From positions 1,054,001 to 1,118,000 of the forward strand of contig LSRY02000001.1 of the NCBI GenBank assembly GCA_001643675.2: a stretch of DNA of 64,000 nt. The letters are read 5' to 3'. Shown here piece by piece: positions 35,055 through 44,893 of the stretch; the first letter of the stretch is position 1, and every line of letters starts with the position of its first letter. The DNA is from Monocercomonoides exilis PA203. Its lineage: Eukaryota > Protista > Preaxostyla. The notes under the pieces were generated by a model, which ran no database searches, was not told the origin of the DNA, and worked only from the letters and a program-made list of their open reading frames with translations. Both the position numbers and the translations under genes were made by a program.

Positions 35055-36142
35055 ATGAATATTTGTTTTTTGTTTTATTTCTTGTCCGCTTTTGCATTAG
35101 AGGTATTAGAAAGTTGCTTTGTAAATTATATTTATTTAATATTATTCCAGTTGAAACAAACAATTTGGGCAACCCCAAAACATGGATATCATCATATTAT
35201 TGAAATGGACTTGGTGTTATCTCCATATGATGCTGAAAAGGAACATGTTTGTACACATATATCCTCTCTTGTCTCCTTGATTATTTACTTATTCAAAATT
35301 TAATAATTAGTGTCAAATTGTATCGCATGAAATTTTTGACCATCAATTTTATCTTAATCCATATGAACTAAATGTATGAATAGCTTGTACAAAAAACTTT
35401 TTAATACAATGTATATTGCGTATGATATTCAAGACACTTCATGAACAAAAAGGAAAACCTAAACGATATTTTGATCCTTCAATCTTTCCAGAAATGGAAC
35501 ATGTTCATTTAAAGAATGATTCCCAGATTGTATCTCTTCTCTCGGTTTTTAATGTTACAAAGCAAACAGTAGAAAAAAAGAATTTTGAGTTTGAATTATA
35601 TTTGTGAAGAATTTCATATATAAATGTTCTATTTGATTATCAGAACATTCATTTATCATTCAGAGCTTCCAATACATATCCGGTATCAACGCTCAAAAGA
35701 ATGTAATGACAAGATTCGTCCATATGAACCCATAATTTTAACTCCATATCCCTTGTTCTATTCACGATGCACATCTGTGAAGAATGCCCTTGATGATTCA
35801 TCATTTGAAGAAGGGGTGACACTTCAATCTCTTCTCCCTTCAAATTCTTCGTTCTTTACATTTGAAAAGGATACATCCAAATATTACTTACAGCACAGCG
35901 AAGCAGCTGAGTTATCTAATCTTCTTAATTCAAAGGGGTGGAAAATTCTCGAGGATAATAACGTTAAAATGGGTGGAATAAAGGAGACCGAAAGATCTTC
36001 ATCATTTTATCCAACAACAACACTTCGCCTTCCGGTTGGAGATGTTAGCGATATGAAAGTTGTTACATTCATGACAGTTGCAACTCTTTTTGTTTCAGTT
36101 GTTGTTGTTCTCTTCCTTTTATTTGAACGTTCTCATTTTTAA
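35055..36142 (+). CDS. PIGX: PIG-X/PBN1 subunit of GPI mannosyltransferase I, about 5 exons
   Basis: Signal peptide, HGYHHII, FYLNPYELN, LPIHIRYQ, LPVGD followed by a C-terminal TM helix; donors at 35103, 35247, 35374, 35589. Confidence 0.8.
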
Positions 36143-36199
36143 TTTACGCAAATATAACTAAACCAATTTAAAATATATATATGTGAGATAAATATTTTT

Positions 36200-36216
36200 T
36201 CCAAAAATTTCTGAAA
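36200..36216 (+). promoter_or_regulatory. Candidate upstream motif TCCAAAAATTTCTGAAA (RCE1); identical copy on the minus strand at 39442-39458 (RP2); variant at 35011-35024 (PIG-X)
   Basis: Exact 17-mer repeated, each copy 20-55 bp upstream of an ATG and in the orientation of that gene. Confidence 0.4.
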
Positions 36217-36269
36217 TTTTTTATAAAGGGCATATTTTAATTTGTTTCTTTTTTCTCTCTCTCTTATTG

Positions 36270-37421
36270 ATGTTTTTGAATTATGTAATATCTTCTATAC
36301 CGTCGCTGCTATATGTTTCTGCCATATATGTTTGGTATCCTTGTGTTGGAGATGTTGTTCGTTCGAATGAAAATCAAAAGCAGAAACTTCGCCGAATCAT
36401 CTCAGTTGGGTTTTCAACAATATTTTCAATAATGCTATGTCATTATTTGGTTTGATTGCGTTAAATGTTCCTTTAGTGATAATTTATTATGTTTTATAAT
36501 TTCATTATTCAAATAGTTTGGATCTTCATTTAGCGAGATGGGGATTGTTGGCCCAACATTATTGCACCATTTAAGTTCGATTATTCGTTGCTTTTCTCTG
36601 ACGGTCATACTCTTCTCTGGCCCTATAATTCATACAATGTTTTTTGAAAAGGTGAATATCTTTTATCTCCATATGGATGAGTTGCATTCAAAGCCTGTTA
36701 CTTTCGCTTCTGTTTATTTAATTGTATGCCACAAATTTCGTTTGTTTTTACACTTTTAACTTTTATAAAGTCACCACTTTTGGAGGAGCTAGTATTTCGC
36801 AGTTGTACTTTATCAATTATTAGGCAATTAAACTGTGAAGGAGAAATGGAATGTGAAAGAATAATGTCATCAAGAATCGTAGTCAACATTGCATGGAGCA
36901 CTTTACTTTTTTCATTGAGTTTGATCTTTTTAATTTTTTATTTTTTTAAAGTTTTCATGTGTTTTAATCAATTTAACAGGTCACGCTCATCATTTCTTTG
37001 AGAAAGACACGAATGTTCCGATGGAATGTTTGAGCAACAATGTTTTATTTAACTATTCGAGAATTGCTTAAATTAAATTTGATGCTTTTATGATGTGAAT
37101 TTAGGTGTTCGCCTTGTTGTTAGCGCACTTTTTGGCATGCTCTCATCATTTTACTTTCTGAGAACAAATTCAATTTGGGGTCCTTTCGTTTCGCATATAT
37201 TTTGTAATATTCTTGGAGCACCGCCTATTGATCGAATTGGATATCTTCCGCGTTACAAAAGTTTGGAAGCATTTTTGTTGAATTAGAATTTTATTTTTGG
37301 TAATTCTTTATGCCTTTTTTGTGAATTTTTGAATATTACATGATCAGAAATAATCGTATGGAGCTTGTATCTCATAGGATTACTGTCTTTCTTTGCTTTG
37401 GCTGGGCCATTAACGCGTTGA
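36270..37421 (+). CDS. RCE1: CAAX prenyl protease 2 (Rce1, CPBP family intramembrane protease), multi-exon
   Basis: SPLLEELVFR (EExxxR), FSLSHAHH (FxxxH), LFG..FLRTNSIWGPFVSHIFCNILGAP (HxxCN). Confidence 0.9.
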
Positions 37422-37562
37422 AGAAGTGCGATTTACTAATAAGCAAATGATTTACCTTCGATATTTCAATTTTCAGATTCAAAAAGTTGTTTGAAATGAA
37501 TCATTGCGATATCAGTCAAAGAGAATATCTTTGAGTTGATGAATGAGTTTTTAACAACTTTT

Positions 37563-37586
37563 AAAAAAAAAAAAAAAAAAAAAAAA
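37563..37586 (+). repeat. Poly(A) run of 24 nt between convergent RCE1 and RP2
   Basis: Counted directly in the sequence. Confidence 0.9.
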
Positions 37587-37828
37587 CAGATCACGTGTTG
37601 ATTCAATTTTGGCGTTTTAAAATAAATAACGTAAAGAAATTAATTTGTGAAATGTATTTTTCTTTAATGAAAGCATAGTGCAATACATATTAAACTGATT
37701 ATAAGCCTTCGTGTTTTGAAAGCGTATAAATATCAGAAATCAAAGTAAAAAAAAGGTAATTTATTTGATAAAAAAAACATTATAAGAGAGAAATGATGTG
37801 CTTGGATGTGATGCAAGCTGGACGTCTT

Positions 37829-39414
37829 CTAACCAACAAGCTTCAAATCTGATGAGAGGCGATCTGGTGAAGGGGTGCAATATACACGTCCCTATTGTTC
37901 AAAACGGTGTGTTCGAGTTTGTGAGAAATTGAAATCGATATTAAAAAAATAATAATTTTTGTTTTTTGTTTAGAATATTTTTCGAAAATGAAGCTTGAAT
38001 AGCAAACTTTAAGGCATTGTGGAAGCCTTGCTTCCAGCTCTGTTGGGAACTTTTCGTATGGAGAAGGAGCAAGAAGAAGAAACGCTGCAATGTAATCGTC
38101 TGTAATGAAAAAGGATTAACAATTCAAAGAAAATGAGAAAAAAAATTTCACTTTTAAGTAACATTCAACAAAAATTATGAGGGGAATCACCTTTTGATGG
38201 ATCAAGAATGCATGGAGGACATTTGTTTGCTTTCAATGACGACTTCTTTTCGCCAACAAGTGTCGTAATTGAGTTGCTTTTAAGTATCACACAATCCAAA
38301 GGTTTCAGGGCAGATGGTTGATCAGAAGGAGTAGATGATGATGAAGATGAAGATGAGGAAGAAGATGATGAATCAGTCAATGGTGATGCACAATTCTCGT
38401 TAGATGCTCCGATGCAGTGCAGAAATGTAAGGAGAAGAGAGGCAGAAGCACCAAATGTTGGAGATATTATCTTTGAAAGTACTGACTTAAAATCATTTCT
38501 GAAGTGGGGAAACGAAACTACACACACAACGCGGTCTCTCGCAGCAGAAGAAGATGGAATCGGCGCACATCCAGCTGATGGTGGTATAGTCGGTGGTAGT
38601 TGTTGTAATGATGGTGCAAATCCAAGAAAGGTGGAACTTTCAGTTGGGAGTTGAAATAAAAGTCGATCTTCTGAAGTGGAAGCCTGACCAGATTCAGAAG
38701 AAGAAAAACAATCGCATGGAGCATGCGGTGGAAGATAGGTCAAGCATGCCTCTGAACTTTGCATTGGAGTGAAGTTATAAAATCTACTCCAGTTGTTGAC
38801 AAATGGGTCAAGAGAGGCTAATGCAAATTGCTGAAGAAGAAGTGGGTATGAAATGTCAAAGCAACCAAGAGTTAAATGATGAGACGCTTCAATAATAGGT
38901 TGTGTATAGCAGTAAAGTCTGATGCGGCAATTAACTAAGTTTCTTGTTCTGTTCAAAGAAAAAAAAAGCGGTATGAAAAAGGATTGGAAAAAGAAAGTCA
39001 AGCCTGAACTGTTGGCACGCAACAACAATGTCGCAATCATCAAAATCTCTCAGAAATACACTTCCGCTGGTAGGGCCGATAAATATCTGGCAACGTGTGC
39101 AATTATCTCCAGAAACACTATCCATATGATCAAAAAGAAAAATCTTGCAATCTCTGCAATCCTGAATGCTAAAATGATCTCCCAAAATGTCTCTTAAAAA
39201 ATTACATTAGCAATGTCATTTTGGATTGAAATGCAAACCCAGGCTTCTTGATATGAACACCTTCCGTAAGATTTCCAAAAATAAGTCGCGCTTTTCTTTC
39301 ATCTTCCGAAAGTGATACAATTTTTGGATCACGTGAAGGGTATGTCTTTGCAAGTGCCGTGCACAGTGGGCTTGTTGGAGGTGGAAGAGCAGTAGTACTG
39401 ACAAAGCAGCCCAT
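37829..39414 (-). CDS. RP2: RP2/XRP2-like ARL3 GTPase-activating protein (TBCC beta-helix domain), about 5 exons; an in-frame ATG also lies at 39420
   Basis: N-terminal MGC acylation motif; KPGDILGDHFSIQDCRDC..IFIGPTSGSVFLRD..ACQQFRTRN..TQPIIEAS..LDPFVNNWSRFYNFTP. The 3' exons are less certain. Confidence 0.88.
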
Positions 39415-39599
39415 TGACATTTTTGACCCAAATTATTTTTCTTTCAGAAATTTTTGGATTAAAAATGTTTTATGGACGCAGCAAAATGCGTATAAAGATT
39501 TTTATGTTTTGGATATGAAAGTCTTTGTTACCATTATATTTTTTAGTTTCTCTTTTCTTTTTTTTTTTTTCAAATTACAACAAGAGAGAATATTTGTTT

Positions 39600-40737
39600 A
39601 TGAATTACGTTTTATTGCCAATTTTGCTGCAGTGTTATTTTTGTCATGGAGATAACGCAAAGATTTTTTACAACGAAACTTACGAACGATTAGAAGAGCT
39701 TTGCCAAAAGACTCCATTGCTTGTATATTTCCATGACCCAACTAAGTGTGATTTATTTCGTAAATCTTGTGGCTTATCAATAATTTTTAATGGATAAAAT
39801 GACTATTTTTTGGCATTATAACATATTAAGCTCAACATCAAATTTGATGGTTTGTTACTTATATTTCTTCAACAGAAATAAAATGACTTTATTGAAATTG
39901 TTAAACCACAGATAGATGTTTTCAAAAATGTGTCTGAAAGAGATTATCCGGGTAATATAAAGTTTTTTATGATTAATTGTTCTGGTGAGGCAAACACTTG
40001 TAAGGAACATAGAATTACCAAATTCCCCACAATTCGATTTTACATGTTTGTGTCATCTAATTATTGATTTTATATATAAGCGTTAAATTTCTTTTTCATA
40101 TTCATTTTAGGGGAGAAAGATGGTTCAAATACACAGATGAGTTAGAAGAAAATGCTTTATACGATTGGACAGTCATGATGGGAGGTCCAAGCGTTCATTG
40201 GATTGATTCCATTGAAGAATTCGATGAAGAAAAATCTTTTTATGATTATTCAATTTTGGGGATTGTGAAAGAGAACGCCTTTAATGGTCTGTAAGTCAAA
40301 TATTATTTTTTATTATCAATAAAGAATTATTTACGATATACTGCATAATTATGGTAGATGTGATGGTTATTAGAGAAATGTCTCAACACTATAAAGCGAA
40401 AATACGATTTTTTGGGATCATGCTGAATTCTGACAAAGATATTTGGTCTGTGAAAAATAAAGGAAAATCGAATCTTCACAAAAACGGATATCGTTTGATC
40501 TTTTATGGTGCTAATGCAAACAAAGAAGTTGAATATTTTGGAGATGACACCCTTCGGGATGTTTCTGAATGGATAGAGCAAACAAAGCAGCTGCTTGCAG
40601 AAGAAGGAGAGAAGCTAATAAAGGAAGGAATGACAAATCCAGGCTCCGGAGAGAAGTCTCAACACCGTGGAAAGAAAAAAATGAATATCAAAAAAGAAAA
40701 AGAGGAAAAAGAAATGAATGAATGGAAAGAGTTGTGA
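39600..40737 (+). CDS. Secreted/ER thioredoxin-fold (PDI-like) protein without CxxC, about 5 exons, ending in WKEL
   Basis: Signal peptide, LLVYFHDP, INCSGEANTCKEHRITKFPTIRFY (vDC..lC....I..fPTi.ff pattern of PDI a-domains), KDEL-like terminus. Confidence 0.72.
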
Positions 40738-41233
40738 AAAGAAATATATGTTTTTAATCCTAAAGAAAAAGAAATTAAACAGTCCTTGTAATATTGAAGA
40801 ACAACTCTATCTTTCTGTTGTTGTGCATACACAAATTTTATTAAAAATGAAGCGATAAATGCAAAACCAAAATAATATGACAAACAAGAAAAAAAAGTAG
40901 ACTCCAATGGATGGAAAGAAAAGATACACAAATTAAAAAAATCTATATGGCACAATAAATTAGTGTATTCCTCTAAAGAGATTCTGTGTAATTCACACGA
41001 AGAAAGCCACAAAGGGCAGAAGATGTATTAAACTGTTATCTTTTTAATAAAAAAAAAGATTAAAAAAAAGATTAAAAATTAAAAAAGATAAGCATCATCA
41101 AAACAATAATATAGCAATGCTTATGAGCTTATAACAGTTAAAAGAAAAGAGGGATGAACATAATACAAGCGAATGTGAAAAAATCGGTGTGATATCAAAA
41201 TATGAACCCCTTAAAAGGTTCAACTAAACATTT

Positions 41234-42433
41234 TTATTGGTTTTCCTGCTTCGTTTCTGAAGAAGGAATAACAAAGTTTTCTAATGAAACATTATTTTCT
41301 GCTCCGTTTTCTTGCGCTCCATCTATTGTGGGAGTCTTTATTTCATCTCTTTTATCTTCTGTTTTGCATTCTTTGATTTCATTCATTTGTTGACTTTCTG
41401 TATCATCATTATCATGAACTTGTACGGCTGATGGCACTGGTTGGGATTCGGAATGAGCTTGCTCTTCTTTACCAGCAGCTTCTTCTGAAGCGGCTTCAAT
41501 GTTGCAAGTTGATTCCTGTTGGAAATTTGCCTCCGAATCAACATCTGTTGCTTTGGATTCCTCTTTTCTTGATTCTTTTTCCATGGAATCATCCTGCGCA
41601 GACTCTAACTTTTCTTCTTTGGACTCCGTTATTTCAGTTGACTGTTTGACGTTGTCCTCACTCTGTATTATGTTTTCATGATATTCGTTTGTAGATTCTT
41701 CCAATTGAGTCGATGGTTCATTTTCATTTTTCAAACATTCGGTTACACCTTCGGATATTGTTTCTGACGATTGTTCAGAAACTTCTTTTTGTTGAATGTT
41801 TTGCGTCTTAACTGCTGATTCTTCTTCGTGCAGATTATCACAAGCTTCATTGCTTTGATTCTCAATAGATGATCCAGAACAACTTTTTTCGTTACTTTCA
41901 TCGGCATTCTCTTCATTTTCTCCATGAAGCTTATTTTGCTCCTTCTTTTTTTCTTTCTTTTCTTTCTTTTCTTTTTTCTTTCTTTGTTTTTCTTGCATTC
42001 TTTCTTCATAAAGTTTTTTCAGTTCTTCGGGATTTTTATCTTGGTTCATCTCTTCGTTTTCCTTTCTTTTCAATTTTTCTTCTTCTTCCCGTTGATATCT
42101 TGCTCTTTGTTCTTGCAGTTGCTCGTACTTTTTGAGTTGTCGTTCGTAGCGTTTCTGTTCTTTTTTTGACTTAAACACGCGTGGCTCCTTTGGAACTTTA
42201 TATGATCTAGCATGACCTGTATCAGTATGATGCGTGTCTTCTGGAAAAGATTCTTTCACTTCCTTTGGGGAAGTATGGAAATTATCGTTGAATATTTCAT
42301 CCTTTTGAGTTGAATGTTTAATGTCATCCGCAGGATCAGCAACTTTCACAGCCAATGTCGGCTTTGTTTTCAATGCACAAACTTTTGAGGGATCTGAAAC
42401 AGCTTCCGCAAAAACATCAGAAAATACGGACAT
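41234..42433 (-). CDS. Hypothetical Glu/Lys-rich low-complexity protein with a central coiled coil
   Basis: Long ORF (418 aa from 42490; likelier ATG at 42433) with coding-like purine bias; no domain recognised; the 3' end may be spliced. Confidence 0.65.
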   Translation of the reverse strand: MSVFSDVFAEAVSDPSKVCALKTKPTLAVKVADPADDIKHSTQKDEIFNDNFHTSPKEVKESFPEDTHHTDTGHARSYKVPKEPRVFKSKKEQKRYERQLKKYEQLQEQRARYQREEEEKLKRKENEEMNQDKNPEELKKLYEERMQEKQRKKKEKKEKKEKKKEQNKLHGENEENADESNEKSCSGSSIENQSNEACDNLHEEESAVKTQNIQQKEVSEQSSETISEGVTECLKNENEPSTQLEESTNEYHENIIQSEDNVKQSTEITESKEEKLESAQDDSMEKESRKEESKATDVDSEANFQQESTCNIEAASEEAAGKEEQAHSESQPVPSAVQVHDNDDTESQQMNEIKECKTEDKRDEIKTPTIDGAQENGAENNVSLENFVIPSSETKQENQ

Positions 42434-43217
42434 TAAAAACGAATCGTTTTTATCTGATCTTTTTGATCCAAAAATTCTAATTTTTATCATTAAGGAGAAT
42501 AATTACAGGAAATGAACTTAATATTTTGTTTCTATGCGTTGCAAATTTTAAAACCATTTTCCAAGCAAGTTTATTGATACAATAATTATCTTTTGAGATT
42601 TTTTCTTTAAAATAAAGAAATGAACATTATGATAACAAAAAATCTTTTGTATCGTCAAAAGGATAAATTTTTTATTATAACATGAAAGCTTGATAACAAA
42701 AATCAAAAAATAAAAATTTCAAGCTGGATTGCACATGAATTAAATTCATCATAAGTGTTTATATAAATGAACTTGAGTTTTCAAAAAACATTTCGTGTTG
42801 ATAAAAAGGGATTGCATCATTTTATTTCCTTTCAAAGAAAAGTGCTTATTGTATGACAAAAATGGAAAAATGTTTGTCATCAAAATTTTTCAAAAATGAA
42901 CAGTTAATGTTAACCAAATTTTTTATCACTTTTCACAGTTTCATTCATTAATCAAGAGATGCGAAAGAAAATATTTGTTGTTTATTTTTGAAAATAAAAT
43001 CTTCAGCTTAACAAAAAAGTTGTAAATGGGGCATAATTTTTTCTTTCATGAAAAAAAACAACGATTTATTCCGAACATTTTCTGGAAAAATATCATTATC
43101 AGTCTTTCATTCCCATGTCAAAAAATATTTAAAAATTCAAAAATTGAGAAAAATATTTGTTTAAGTTGAATTAAACAAAATTCATAAAGCAAAATATTTT
43201 GTCCCAAATTTCACATA

Positions 43218-43522
43218 ATAAAAAAATCAAATGTATTGGTGTTAATTTTTGAAATCACATATTTTTTCGGTGTGTTGATTTTTTAAGATTGTTGATTATT
43301 CGAAAGTGACTATTTATTCAAGAGAAAAATAGCATAATAATTGTATTTATACACAAATGTTTTAAGTTAATAAAAAAAATAAAAATGATAAAAAAAACCT
43401 TTTCACTCTTCAGTGAACTTTTGTTGTTATTCAAGAGATATTTTTGAACCGAAATTTTCGTGTAAAAAAATATGATTTCAAAAATCATCACCCATATATA
43501 AATTTTTCATTGATTTTTTTAT
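43218..43522. repeat. Degenerate inverted repeat pair (about 50-bp arms, about 200-bp spacer), MITE-like
   Basis: 43231-43257 atgtattggtgttaatttttgaaatca matches the reverse complement of 43473-43499 at 23/27 positions; outer ataaaaaaatcaa is also mirrored. Confidence 0.45.
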
Positions 43523-44893
43523 ATAAAATTATTTTTTGAAATGAATATCACGATCATTAGCAAATAACATCGATTTCAAATTCTGATACAGTCAAAACCG
43601 GATATAATCACATCGAATATAGTTAATATCGGTTTAAGTTTCATTTTCACAAGCACCAACATTTTTGGCTTGTTTTTCATTCTTATTCCATTACATATTA
43701 TCACAGTGTAAAATATAACAATCCAGACATTTTCAAAGCAAAATTATGAACTTTTGATTTTCTTTTTGTGATAAAAAATTACATAATAAAATGGCTTCGT
43801 TTTTTGAATACGTTTAAAGTCATAAACATTTTGAAATCATATTTATGATGTTTTTTCAGATATTAAACACAAATTTACAAAAAAATCTGAAAAGTTTTTA
43901 TAAGTTGTGAGTGAAACGAAGATTTAATGCGATATGCAAAAAAAGCTTCAAAGTCTCAATTTTCCCCACATGTGACATTATAAATTTGTTAGAAAAAATT
44001 TTTCGATAATTTATCAGGGAATGATGAAAATTGAATGTTTTCATCAAAATATAATTTTCATCTCACCAAATTCACCGGCATGGAAATAAATGCTTGACGA
44101 TGTTATAATAAACATTTTTGTGAAGTATTGAGTTGGAATGAAAATATGATGAAAGAAATCAACTTTCATTTTCACCTGAAAATTTTACAAAAGGAACTTT
44201 ACAAAAAATTATTGACAATTAATATTTTTTTTTGAATATTTTTCCATGCAAAATCATATCGAATTTTATTATGATCCGATGTGTCACCAATAGTTATGAA
44301 AAACTCGATAAAATAAAATCCAGTTTTGACTCTTCTTTTTTATTTGAAAATGGATTCATTAATAATTAAAACAGAGTGAGAAAAATAATAAGAGTGAGAT
44401 ATTAATCTGCACATGTGTTTTATTTACGTTGGAAGTTCCTTTATTTAGAACAAATAATTTTTGAATTCATCCTATTGACGATGTTTTGATAAAATGAAGA
44501 CATTCTATTCCTTCTGAATGATCAAACAAGTGATAATAAAAAACAGCAAGAATTGCTCATTTCATGGGGAAAATAAGTTATGAGTTGTGAAGTTGCATTG
44601 AATCGCTCTATTGAATTCGAAAAATACATCAAGTCAGATTTTCAAAGTGAAAAATCAATTAATTCATTATATACACGAAACTTCTATTCAAAATTTGAAT
44701 ATGAAAAGATATCATGAATGTTAGTATCCAAATGTGCAAATTGATGAAAATAAATTTTAAATATTTGTTGAGATATTTGATTTTTAAATTATGTCTGGAT
44801 AGAAAAATTGTCAGCAAAAAAACAATTATTAAGGGCTTCAGATCTTGAGAAAAATCGAGCATTTTAACTTTTTTCCCACAATTCGTTTGTTTC

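Noticed and set aside
37563-37586. Poly(A) as a retroposon tail
   Set aside because: No target-site duplication or element body recognised.
40659-41012. Hydrophobic 117-aa minus-strand ORF
   Set aside because: Composition matches T-rich UTR sequence, it overlaps the PDI-like 3' end, and I could not build a convincing splice model.
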